Part shown: positions 37,172-48,965 of the stretch, in pieces
How positions within the stretch are numbered: the first letter of the stretch is position 1
Layout of the letters: every line of letters starts with the position of its first letter
DNA from: Tubulanus polymorphus
Taxonomy: Eukaryota > Animalia > Nemertea
Length of the DNA: 64,000 nt
Assembly (NCBI RefSeq): GCF_964204645.1
Contig: NC_134035.1
Coordinates: 12,804,451-12,868,450, forward strand
Direction of reading: 5' to 3'
The notes under the pieces: generated by a model
What the model was told of the DNA's origin: nothing
The model's database searches: none
Seen by the model: only the letters and a program-made list of their open reading frames with translations
Program-made: the position numbers and the translations under genes

Positions 37172-40100
37172 TCAACTCGATTGAACTTTCTTCTTCAAAT
37201 TCTCAGCGAGTTTATCCATAAATTCATTCGTCAATAGATAATCACTTCTTTGGACCCTGAAATTGATCATGAATAGAAGATGAGATTACAGTGAGATAGA
37301 TTGGTTATCATTGCGGTGCTTACAGATCAGGGAATCCATAATTCCTGATACTTCCCCGACCCTTGAACAAAAATTCCCTGATTAAATTGTAAGATATTCT
37401 CAGTGAGGGCTGTTTGTTATCAAGAGGTTCCTTGTGCCACTCATCACCAGCAAGAACAAGACACCTAAAGTTCAAATTCCCTGATTGAATTATAAGATAT
37501 CCTAAATGAGGCTGTTTCTTATCAAGAGGTTCCTTGTGTCACTCGTCACCAGCAAGAACAACAACACAACAAAAATTCAAATTCACTGATTTTTCCCTGA
37601 TTTACATTAATAAGAATCAGAATTCCCTAATAATTCCAGCAGAGAAAAATAAATCCGGAATTCGGTGATCTGTAAAAACCGTGTATCATGTTTTTCATTG
37701 TAGAACTTACTTCGCCATTCCTTTGATGCAAATAGCTAAATCTTTCGTCATGAAACCGGCTTCGATTGTTTCCACGCAAACCTTTTCTAGATTTCGAGCG
37801 AATTCAGCGAGTTTTTCGTTTGCGTCGAGTTTCGCTCGGTGTTCGAGACCTCGAGTCCACGCGAATATAGACGCTATTAAATAAATACAAAAAAATACAG
37901 ATGAGGATGGGCGAGGACAGGGTGGCGCCACTTTAATGTGACAAGCTTTTTTCCCTAACTATTCCCTGACATGCACATAGTTTTCCCTGACTTGATCTGC
38001 TAAGAATCCAATCAATTAACGCAGTAAAATATGTCAGAAACTGTCTAGCAATCTCAACATCAATTTCCCTGACTTTTAGCATTTTTTTTACAAAATTCCC
38101 TGAGTATTTCCCGACTTCTTACAGAAAAGTAAATAATCGCCCAACTTTTCCCTGATTTTCAGGTAAGTGGCCACCTTGTCTAATCAAAGAAATAACCCAC
38201 AGTTAGAAAGTGTTAAGTTTTGACTTATTTCCATGAACCATTTCAAAAACTGTTTATTATCAAATATACGCTTTGATATTGTGGGTTTTTCTAAAATTGA
38301 ATTAGACTTGTCTATAGAAACCAAGATCTAAATCGAGCACACATGTTCACAGAAGACTACGTACCTATAGGATTAGTAGATGTATCTCCACCTTTCTGAT
38401 GAACTCTATAATGACGCGTGACAGTACCGTGAGCTGCCTCCGCTTCTACTGTCTTACCATCGGGACAAATCAGTACGCTGGTCATCATTCCTAGAGATCC
38501 ATAACCTATCAAATACAACCAAATTCTATCATTCGTCAGACTGACAACGTATTAACCCTTTCAGTGCCGACTTATTAATACCCTATAGTGCTGGAGAAAA
38601 TTTGAAAATTAAAAAAAATTCCACCCTAGTGTGTTGAACAATGGAAATACCACTATAGTGCGTCTACACCGTGGTGCGGTGTATCGTTAGTTACTAGTAT
38701 TTCACTATGTGTGACACTTGCTGCCATTTTTCAATAGAGATAATTACAAATTAGTAATTACATCAATACACCGCAGTGCGGTGTACTAGCAAAATCCATT
38801 ACCGATTTATACACCGCATTGCGATGTAGATGCACTGAAAGGGTTAATGTACCGGTTCTGGTATCCCCTTTCTCTCAGATCTACAGTGGCAGTATCCTTG
38901 TTTCCAGATCTACAGTTTAGAGTCTCTTAGAATTATCAGCAGTTCTTCTACCAATTTCAAAATACTCGTATTGTTTTATCGTACTAGAAACCAAGAATTA
39001 GCAAGGGTTTCAATTGGTCTCTATCAATATCGGAATTCTTTTCTGGTGCGTTTGTTTTCAGCCAGAATACGCTCTTCTACCTATTGCGGAATACTTAAAA
39101 AGCGGCCGGTTGAGAATTTCGGAATTCTCTTCTGGCGCTTTTCGGAATACTTGAGAAGCAGCCGAGTTAGTAATCGAGAATTGCCATTCCTAAACCGGAA
39201 TAAGTTCAATCAAAAGCTGTTTTCCCAAAAATCGTCAGCACCATTATGCCACAAATAGACTGTATTTTCATGACTGCATTGACATTGATCTCGTGATAAT
39301 TAATTATTACCTTGAGCGATACAATCGGATTGTACGTCTCCGTCGTAATTCTTACACGCCCAAACGAATCCACCCTCGGCTTTCATCGCGTACGCCACCA
39401 TATCGTCGATCAATCGGTGCTCGTACCAGATATTCTTAGCTTCGAACTTCGATTTATATTCCCTGAAAAAGTATCAGAATTGAAGAGGAACCTGTTCATA
39501 CAGAGGGCGCTGCCACTTCCGTCTATTTACAAATCTTTTGGGCAGGGTTTCATAGAGGTGGAAGAAAGATAGTCCCTGGGAACATTTTGAAATTTGTCAG
39601 TTATAAACATGGTTTCTCATCATTACTATGGTGGTTGTCACCCAGATTGAGGATTTACCCCCAGGGATAACTTTGATACTCAGTCTATCAAACCGGGCCC
39701 TGAAGTTTTGCACGTGATTACACATAATTCCCTGTGAATGAGTAATTTCTAGGTTTACAATTCATTCATTTTTCGTTGAATCACGTATTAATAAAGAAAC
39801 ACACGGTCAATAAATAGCATCATCCGAATTGAGTTTTCCAAGTTTTTGGTCAATGGCCATATTTTGCTCGATAAATCGACTTCTAGACAATGGAATTCAA
39901 TTCACATTCCATCGCAATCTTTCTTAGATTTGTGTTCAAAACAGGGCCGAGTATCGATTTAAGATAAACTGAATTAATGAAGACATTAAATCGATTTAGG
40001 AGTTAAACCTTTTTGCGAAACTGGGCCCCAGCCCTAAGTGATGTTTAGATTTGAGAGCATCTAAATTTAGAGAACTCTTCTGGGTCATTTTTTCTAATAT

Positions 40101-42993
40101 ACGACACTAAATGATATTTACTTCTCGTAAATTTCCTGGAAAATGTCCTTGAATCGGCCGTCGTATTTTTTCAGGATTGTATTCTTCGTGCTCAGATAAA
40201 GCGGCCATTGTTTATCCAACGCGTACGTGAACGAACTGTGAGCGAAATCGGTGATCGACTGAAATAGAACAAGCAGGAATTATCGGACAGTTTACGGTAG
40301 CGGTCAACGATGATCTATTTTTCAGAGTAGTTACCTTATCGGTGTTGTACATCGCCATGGCGATACCGGCGCCGTCGAAATCGAATACCGTATGATGAAT
40401 CTGTTCCCCTCCGTCTTTCGGGGTCCATTTTATTTCTAATTTTCCAGCTCCGGGCACCAGAAAATCAGTGGCTCGATACTGAAACCAGCAAGACAAATGA
40501 ATTAATATTACAACGGCTTACAGATCCATGACTGGTAGACTGATGGTCATCTCAATATTCAGAGTTAGATAAGTAAAACCCAAAGTTGATGATTCAACAA
40601 TTTATTTTCGAAGTTTTGACTGAAAACTTTAAAGAAATGAAACTTGGTTTTTGTCTCTCTGAAGATGAAGTGCAGTCCAAACTTCACGTAGAGAACCTGA
40701 TAAGAGTTAAAATCAGTTCATTTTCAATGTTTCAAACATTAAGAAGTGAAACTTTAGCCAAGAATAATAGAACTAGTTTGATCTTTCTATATCTTATTCC
40801 TAAAAAGGAAACCGATAGTTAAAATCAGTTCATTTTCAATGTTTCAATAAAGAGTCAAACTTCAGCCGAGAACTAAATAACTAGTTTGATCAATCTGTTT
40901 CGATACGAACCTGATCTCCGAATGCGTGTCTGCCGATGACGATACTCTTCTTCCAGCCGGGGACGAGACGTGGAATGTTCTCGCAGATGATCGCTTCGCG
41001 GAACACGGTTCCACCGAGGATGTTACGGATTGTTCCATTCGGCGATTTCCACATCTTTTTCAAACCGAATTCTGAATAAAACGAATCCGCAAATGGAAAT
41101 GAAATTTTGTTCTCGGTTTCTCTATACAAATATCCTTTGATTATAAAATGGAGTGGTTTTTATCGAGAAAGACAGGTTTCTCTATTGATGATGATGTGTT
41201 TGTACTGGTTCTCATAGACAAGAGACTGTCTCACTGAATTGAGGAACAACCCTCGAGTTAAAACTAAGTGAAACTTTACGAGGACTTTGACATTTCAACT
41301 TAAATACTATGAGCCATTTCCAAAATGAATTCATTATCTTATTGTGGATTTCTAAGTATATTCATCTTTTGTGATCCGTACACAGTATAATAAATCGCGT
41401 TAGAACAATTTCATATTCAAGATATGCATTGTTTCAAGGGAAGGGAAAGGCACAATTACAATGATCATGGAAACCATAATAAGCACAGAAATAACTGTCA
41501 AATACTTGAAATTGTCCGAGACAGACTATCACATGACCTAAGAGCCGTCCTCGTTCAATGTATCGGTACTTATCAAAACTGTGAAATGTTAATAAAATCA
41601 AGGACGCAATTTAGTGATACAAGGTCAATTAAGAGTATGAATCAATAATCAGTTCATATCGTAGCCTAGTTCCACAGTTCAAAGCAAAGTCCAAAATATG
41701 AACCGGTTAAATTCTCCTCAAAATAGGTGAGAATTGGAGAGAATTGGAGAACAACCCCTGAAGAATTTATATTCCAATCATATTGCTGAACATTGAACAA
41801 ACCACTGAGAGTAATACTGTTTAAACTCAATTCTATGAGCTATTTTGAAAACAGTCTTGAAAATGGCTCATAAAATTAAATTGAAGCATCGGTACTCTCA
41901 TTGTTTTTTTTTTGACATGGTTTATGCCTTTCAAACTTATTCTCTGAGATATTGTGGATGACTGAAATCAGGGAATGAATGAATTTACCTTCAACTCTTT
42001 TCTCGTCGGGTGTTATTGTAGCACATTTGATACCGACATTGTATTTCTTGATAGCATTAGCGCAATCAATTGTAACTGAAAACCAGAATAGAATTGAATA
42101 GAAATCATTAAAACATCGTTTGGTGTGCAGGGTTCGAACCAGTTTTAATAAAGAATTCAAGCTTAGCATTTCAAAGGGTTAAATTCAAATTATCATTGAT
42201 TTTAAAACTGAAGGAAAAACTTTAGGTTTAAACGATTTTAAGTTAAACCGTGGTTTCAGTTTTATAGAAACGTTGAACTCCTGAATGGATTAAAGATAAA
42301 CTGAACTGAATTAATGAAGAAATTGAATTGATTTTAAAGAGTTCAAGTAAAACATTACCCACGGCTAATACAAATATGAATTCTGTTAACAGAATTATTG
42401 CAATTTGTGATTAATTCAATGAAGATTTTTCTGCAATCCTTCAATAGTGTAAAATGGATTTAAGCCAACCTTTTGAGACCTCTGAGGAATTTACAACTAA
42501 AACTGACTGAGCTAGGCCAGGCCCGACGTCCCGTCAAGCAAAGTTTAAATAGACAATACAGGTACTTAAAGCAAGTAGGATTACGACATAATATTGAATA
42601 AGTCATTAACAGAGAAAGTGGAGCAGGCCCGAACAGGCCAGTATTGCAGTTAGTACATACTCTGATCATCTGTAGCATCACGGCTTTGAATACTGAGATC
42701 AAATTCATGAATATTCAAATCTACGAATGGAAAAATCAACTTCTCTTTGATCTCTTCCCAAATCACTCTGAAAACATGAAAACATTTGAGAATAATATAT
42801 TTAATTGAATTTGACATGAACCAGGAAGTATTTTGACAGTAGCTCTTACCGGGTCATTTCATCTCCCTTTATCTCGACAACATCTCCTCCTGAAATTATC
42901 AAACACTTTTATTCCTCTTCTAAATATATATGTGAACATGTTGTGAAAGAATCCTCACTTTAAAACCCATTATTTACCTGAGATTTTAGACAT
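37172..42993 (-). CDS. IDH1: Isocitrate dehydrogenase [NADP], cytosolic type, 11 coding exons, 410 aa
   Basis: Exons 42993-42978, 42889-42850, 42767-42661, 42075-41989, 41071-40911, 40478-40335, 40258-40122, 39462-39311, 38505-38365, 37873-37711, 37256-37172 (1233 nt, all GT-AG, phases consistent). Motifs: [76 protein letters not shown]. Confidence 0.97.
37918..38178. mobile_element. MITE with CAGGGTGGC termini and internal ttccctga sub-repeats
   Basis: cagggtggcgccactt ... aagtggccaccttg; related ttccctga-rich remnants at about 37328-37680. Confidence 0.6.
38552..38847 (+). mobile_element. piggyBac-like non-autonomous element (TTAA target duplication, CCCTTTCAGTG TIR)
   Basis: ttaaccctttcagtgc ... 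gcactgaaagggttaa; a second copy lies in opposite orientation at 58730-59000. Confidence 0.85.
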
Positions 42994-43147
42994 TTTGACA
43001 GCACGAATTATGACGGACGCCTGACAACTTCACCGGACCGGATTTTAGTGGGCAGAAACAACGGGGAACATTCGCGTGCCAGAGCAGGTTACAATACGGA
43101 ACACTCGCATACCGCAGCAGGAATATTGATCTGTAAGAAATATCAAC

Positions 43148-43254
43148 CGTCAAGTGCTGCCCCTATATATAACGTAAACGGTAAATATGAGAACTAACTT
43201 ATTACCCGCGTGCCAGTTGCAAACATTTAGCCTATCGCCAAGCAGCACTTGACG
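43148..43254 (-). promoter_or_regulatory. IDH1 proximal promoter region
   Basis: TTATATATAGGGG on the minus strand at about 43161-43172, about 170 bp upstream of the ATG; inverted pair of CGTCAAGTGCTGC motifs at about 43148-43160 and 43242-43254. Confidence 0.45.
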
Positions 43255-44562
43255 CCGGATTCAAGAATAGTTGATGAAAGCTTGGAAAAATGATAACTCC
43301 AAGATGAAGGAATGTACCAAATGTAATCTGCAAGATATTGGCGACGATGCTAGTTGAGTGTAGCGCCTGATCAGACATGATCGCATTGAGTGAAATTCGA
43401 TCTCTCTCCAAAACTTTTATCTGAACAATGTGGGAATAAATGCAGTGATTAGCGGCAGCAGGTATTATGTAAACATTTAACTTGTTTTGACCGATTTCTC
43501 GTGATATTCGTCTAATAATAATAATTATAATAATAATGCTTATCTTTATTTTTCAAAGAATGGCAGTTTCAAAGATTCGAATCCCTGTAGCGACAACCGA
43601 TGATCAGTCTACCCCCGGCGGCCCCCCCCCCCCCTTCCCCGAATTCAATCGGAAAACCACCACTTCGTTTTTGAAAGCATGCGCCAGATGCCATAATTTT
43701 TTTCTCGTAATTTAGAAAAAAATTAAATACTTTGATTTTTGAATGGCACTTTGACTGCCTTCCAGAAGGCATGGAAGGCAACCTGGATCGGCACCTGACT
43801 GCGTACTGTCATTGAACGCGGAGCTTTGCGGACGAATGATAGATTTGAACAAAGAAGTTTCCACAGTTTCTAGGCGCCATTTTGTGGCGGTCCCTCGAGG
43901 TCCCCATTGTTGCGATAATTTGCGCTCATTTTTAAAACATAAGTTTAGATTGAATATCAAATAGCTCTGCAGTCCCTTGCTTGATTAACTTAATCAATAC
44001 ACTATTTTAAAGGAAATGAAATGCAGATATTTGCTGGCGATTCTTGGAATTTTTGAACGCAACAATTGAGAACAGTGACGATGTGAAACCAAGGACCGCA
44101 TAACCGCGCGTAAAAGAAATCGCAATATTTATTAATTTTAAAACATCTAAGTATCTCTTAAAGCTATATTTCCTATTTTCACAGAGGTTAAAGAGGGTTA
44201 TTTGCAGTTATCAGAATACTGTCTGGTTTTGTGAACATAATTATTTGTTTCTATACGGTCGACTACATTAGAGCTGTAATGTAATAGGAGAAATGATTCA
44301 ACCATATATCAAACATCTATTCAATAATCTATGCGTACATTATACAATTTAATCAAGATTTAATTAGCACAGATTCTGGTTTTATCCACGAAGCTTCTGG
44401 CGCATAAAATGATTATACAAGGCCAGGCCATAGACGTAAAATATATGTTCATCTCGAGCGCAAACAGGACATCGAGCAGTACTAGGAATTGGATGGACTC
44501 TAAATCGTCCAAACAGACATAAAAGGAAATCCGACAAAGGGGGAAAAGAATAGACGCCGGTG

Positions 44563-46020
44563 ATGATGATGAAAGCACTTCCGGAATGGTTACGCGAGGA
44601 ATTACGTTTCTTTTTCGTGACGTCATGGCCGATTGTAGTTGTTCCCGTAATAACCGAATTGCCTTTTTTAACGTGTACTATAATGGTTGCTCAAACCAAT
44701 ATGATTTCGCAAGCCAGCTTTTCATTGATAATCACGTTTCTAAAACTCATCTACTCGTTTGGTATGGGTATGGCGATGGGTATAGAAGGATTATTCTCGC
44801 AAGCTTTCGGCGCCAAAAACTATCGTTATTTGCGCTTGTTGCTACAGAGAGGGTTGTTGATACTGATTTGTAGCGGTTTATTGTTGATGCCACTAAATTT
44901 CACTGCCGACAAAATATTTATACTTTTCGGACAAAACGCATTGGTTGCCGAAGAGGCTGAAATGATGCTGATGATGTTGTCACCCGATAACATTTTTGTG
45001 CTCGCGAATGATATTTTCACGCGTTTTCTAATGTCCCAGCATATAGTTATACCGGTGGTTATTTCAACAATCCTCAACAACGTTGTCACCGCAGTAATCT
45101 GTTACATCACAGTTATCGTACTACGTTTGGCCAATCTAGGGGTGGCCATCTCTTTCCTTGTATTTTTTGGCCTCAATGCAGTTTGCGTGGGTGTTGGATC
45201 TTCTCTGGTTAATAAAGATATTATGGCTATATACAGAACTAATACGGACATATTTAAGAATTTATGGGAGGTCGCTAGTATGGTTCTCGGGTCAACAGCA
45301 TCAACAGTGTGTTTCACCATAGCAATAACAATCGGTACATTTTTGACCGGTACTTTTGGAGTGGTTGAACTTGTAACATTGAGCGTCTCGTTGCAAGTAA
45401 TATATTTTAACCTCAATATATTTTGGGGAATATCGGAAGCGTGTAGTATAAGAGTCGGTTTCCTGTTATCATCCAGGGACGGTCACGCGGCCAAAAGAGC
45501 TTTGTTCTTTTATCAAGGTGTTTCGATGATGGTCGCTGTAGTTCTCGGTGTATTAATTTGTTCGCTTCACGTTGTTTTAGCTCGGGGATTTGCTAGCGAT
45601 AGTTTGGTCGAAGCCAAACTGAAATTTATGTTTCTGTACATAGGAGCAACTTTGCCCTTATTGGCTGTGGATGTGATATTTAATGCTGCAATTCGGGGAT
45701 GTGCTAAAATTGCTATTTTTACAATAACCACTTTCGTCACTTTAACAATAGGAACATCTTTAGGTTTGATTCTATTATATTTTGCTCGGTTAGGTGCTAT
45801 GAGTGTGATAATAGGATTCCAGAGTTCATGTGTTTTAAAATCTTTGATATCAGTTCCATACGCCATATTTGTTTTAGATTGGGATGAACAATCTAAACTA
45901 GCGCGTCAAAGAACTACAGACGATCTGAAGTTAATCCAAAACGGAACCGGAAATAGCGAATTGGATTACAATACGTTTGATTTAATAACAAGCCCCACCC
46001 TGAGGCGAGCTTCATCATAG
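44563..46020 (+). CDS. Intronless multidrug and toxin extrusion (MATE/SLC47-like) transporter, about 485 aa, divergent
   Basis: Long hydrophobic ORF with MATE motifs (G.EGLFSQAFGAKNY, LLLQRG, SIRVGFLL, AAIRGC, DWDEQSKLARQR). First ATG at 44563 follows an in-frame TAG at 44551. Confidence 0.9.
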   Translation: MMMKALPEWLREELRFFFVTSWPIVVVPVITELPFLTCTIMVAQTNMISQASFSLIITFLKLIYSFGMGMAMGIEGLFSQAFGAKNYRYLRLLLQRGLLILICSGLLLMPLNFTADKIFILFGQNALVAEEAEMMLMMLSPDNIFVLANDIFTRFLMSQHIVIPVVISTILNNVVTAVICYITVIVLRLANLGVAISFLVFFGLNAVCVGVGSSLVNKDIMAIYRTNTDIFKNLWEVASMVLGSTASTVCFTIAITIGTFLTGTFGVVELVTLSVSLQVIYFNLNIFWGISEACSIRVGFLLSSRDGHAAKRALFFYQGVSMMVAVVLGVLICSLHVVLARGFASDSLVEAKLKFMFLYIGATLPLLAVDVIFNAAIRGCAKIAIFTITTFVTLTIGTSLGLILLYFARLGAMSVIIGFQSSCVLKSLISVPYAIFVLDWDEQSKLARQRTTDDLKLIQNGTGNSELDYNTFDLITSPTLRRASS

Positions 46021-46556
46021 AAAATAGTTCAGAAACAAAAAAATAGAAAATGATTTCAACTAAAAATATATAAGTATAATAGGTTTATTCATTTTCTCTC
46101 TCTTCAGAGTCATTCACGTCGTATGTCGTTGTGACACGATATATAACTAGTTCACCTGGGAATGAGTTTCTATAATCATAAATAACTATAATTATTATCT
46201 CGCAAATTGAATTATGAAAACCTATCATAATAATAAGATTATTAGCACCCGGTATCTGTGTTAAATCCACGTAAAATTAATTCACGAGGTGACAGTCAGC
46301 TCAAACTAAAACTGTATGACACGATTTGTCAATTCTATATTGCGAATAGCTTTACATAATCTCTAACGAAGGATACATGAATGACTATCATAGATTTAAT
46401 GCGGCTTAATGAATAACGGTGTGGATTTCTATCACGTAAAATTGATTCTTCAGAAAGAAGACGGTCACGATCATTGGCGAATTTAAAATAAAAATCTGAG
46501 CACCGTGTTAGATATTAGATTTAGATTCAATTTGCGAATATTTGAAAACAAAATCT

Positions 46557-47573
46557 ATGTTTGCATTTAGCAAATTGAATACTTCAAATTTTCTTACTGC
46601 TGTAACTCCTAACGCGCTTGAGTGGAATATGAATTCTACTAAGATAATGCTTGTCGGTGGTCGACCTTTCAGCTACATCGTTCTTATGTCCGTGGAGAAC
46701 AAGTCTGGAATCTACCGTACCATATCACTGGTCATTCTGCCTATCTTATTCCTGTTAGGAGCCTTCGGAAATTCGGCTACTTTCCTGATAATGATAAGTC
46801 GCAGATTCCGCGGTTTATCTTACGCTAACTATCTAATCGTTTTGTCTATCAGTGATTTTATATTCTGTATCGGTTTTGCGCTGATGCCTATTTTACAGTT
46901 TGTCTTACTGTACGTAGAAACTCGTCCAATATTCTTGCTGAATTCACTGATCAGTTGTCAAATCTACGAATTTTTGATAGATTCTATCGGTGCCAATAGT
47001 GCGTGGTTAATAGTAGCGATATCTCTAGAACGTGCGGCAGTTGTTCTCTTCCCGTTCACATCTCGTTTGATATGTACACCGAGATTCGCTCGATGCGCCA
47101 TTCTATTTATTTTCGTGATGAACGCACTGGTAATTGGTATTAACCCATCAATAGTAGGCCTAATGAATTTTTTGGATAATTTTAGGTGTTACTACAAATT
47201 TTCTGATCAATTCCTACTTTTTATGCAACATGTAATATACGTTTTTCTTCTGCCTTTAACTTTCATTGTAACGTCAAATTGTGTAATAATAATTCAGTTA
47301 TTCAGAGGTTCAAAAATGGTTTCCTCCGATCAGAAAACTACAAAATCAAAACGTACAACAATAATGCTTGTAACAGTTTCACTCGCATTTGCAATATTTA
47401 CACTTCCAACCACTATTGTTGTATTTTTACCAATCTCAAATTTTCTTTTAGATATTTCCGCTCAGTTCCAATTGTGTAATTATGTTGTTAATTTTTACAT
47501 ATATCTTTTATTGGGACGAGAAATTCGTGAATATTTCTGTATGAAAATCCGCTGTAGAATTTCAGTCAAATAA
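46557..47573 (+). CDS. Intronless class A (rhodopsin-like) orphan GPCR of the invertebrate FMRFamide-receptor-like/chemoreceptor-like type
   Basis: Seven hydrophobic segments; GN in TM1, YLIVLSISD in TM2, Cys at the start of TM3, SLERA in place of DRY, FPF...CT in ICL2, FAIFTLP in TM6, NFYIY in TM7. Start may be ATG 46557 or 46629. Confidence 0.88.
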   Translation: MFAFSKLNTSNFLTAVTPNALEWNMNSTKIMLVGGRPFSYIVLMSVENKSGIYRTISLVILPILFLLGAFGNSATFLIMISRRFRGLSYANYLIVLSISDFIFCIGFALMPILQFVLLYVETRPIFLLNSLISCQIYEFLIDSIGANSAWLIVAISLERAAVVLFPFTSRLICTPRFARCAILFIFVMNALVIGINPSIVGLMNFLDNFRCYYKFSDQFLLFMQHVIYVFLLPLTFIVTSNCVIIIQLFRGSKMVSSDQKTTKSKRTTIMLVTVSLAFAIFTLPTTIVVFLPISNFLLDISAQFQLCNYVVNFYIYLLLGREIREYFCMKIRCRISVK

Positions 47574-47977
47574 CCCAAATAACTCCTGTGAGGATTCCCT
47601 TTGCGTGAAATCAATTCACCAATTTTTATTCGAGTAGATTGTTAGTTCAGATGATTCTCCCAAGGTCAGCGCAAACGTCACTGATTTGATGAACACTTTC
47701 ATGAAAATCTGAAAATTGTGTTGGATTTGGTGCAAACAAGAACACTTTAAACTAAATGCATTTGTTGCATCTATACAACAGAAATTGTTTACAAATCAAT
47801 GAAATAATCTGAACTTCATTGTCATTGATTCATCGCCCAATATGTCAGTCAGTACAAAACGAGACATTGAATCATTAGTCTAACCGAGATGACGCGAGAC
47901 CGGCGACCAGTCTTAAATACGGGAACTAACTTCAACTCGCATGCCAGAGTAAAAGAATTGGGCCGCAAAGTTAGTTC

Positions 47978-48079
47978 ACGAATGAAATATAAGTCCCACA
48001 TCACAGGATCGAACAAAACTAATAAAATTTATCAAAACCTTTTTCGATCCTGTGATTGTGGGACTTATATTTCATTCGT
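47978..48079. repeat. ~100-bp near-perfect hairpin downstream of the GPCR
   Basis: acgaatgaaatataagtcccacatcacaggatcgaa / ttcgatcctgtgattgtgggacttatatttcattcgt, with one bulge. Confidence 0.85.
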
Positions 48080-48965
48080 CGCTCGCGATTCATTGCGTAT
48101 TTTTATCACGTTAGTTCAAATATTTACGGCTAAAATGACATCAGGACACAGGACTTGGCCAAGATATGACAACACTGGCTACGAACCGGATCTTTTTGTC
48201 AATAGGAAAGACGACTCGATGAACTCCAGAACAAAGTTCCAAAACAATTCTTCTAAAGTCAAACACAATCAAAGTGAAAAGAGAATTAATTGCGTTTGAA
48301 TAATGAATAATGCATCATTTTTATTTTTCGACACTCGGCCATATATTGTACTAGTATTTATTTGTTTGTGTGATACACAAACACAGTACACATCTCATAT
48401 AAACACAATCAGCTTTTTTTATATTCAAATAATGGAACAGTTCTGAAAACCACAGATAACAAGGCTAACGTTTTTTTTTTTTAGTTTGTTAATGATTGAA
48501 TAATGTAGTAACACTCCCAATCCTTACTTCCGTTCAAATATCCATTGATTACAGTCGATAATAATAAACCAAATAATCATCATTATTCCAATTACTTTCA
48601 GTCCGACTTCCGAGACTTATTTTTCTTCTTTTTTTGTACATAAATTAATTTTCAAATTTTCGCGTAAATAAACCCAATTTTCTTCGCACAGGATTATAAT
48701 TTTCTTTATCTAAATACTAGCATCTTAGCATCATCATCGTCAAAATCTATCGTCGAATCAATAAATCCAAGAAAAATACATTTCTAACATTACCACACCT
48801 CGAGGCGTGCAACACGCACAGATGTTTGTATGAAATACTTTTTCTATCATTATACTCTGACCAAATAATTCTGTACATTTTTAATCTACCTGTAGACTCT
48901 GGCAAATTTTGTAGTTGCATTTCGAAGGTTTCAAAAAGTTCAGGGGAGAGAGAAAACCGGTTTTC

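Noticed and set aside
37172-37174. IDH1 UGA as a selenocysteine codon
   Set aside because: No SECIS recognised by eye in the 3' UTR, the position matches the normal IDH1 C-terminus, and the PTS1 explains the extension better. A SECIS search would settle it.
39845-39900. Intronic SRFIEQNMA resembling [12 protein letters not shown] (possible duplicated exon)
   Set aside because: Very short similarity, no proper splice sites, adjoining a repeat fragment shared with about 17160-17270.
44360-45866. Antisense and overlapping ORFs over the MATE gene
   Set aside because: Short shadow ORFs of a real coding strand with no recognisable motifs.
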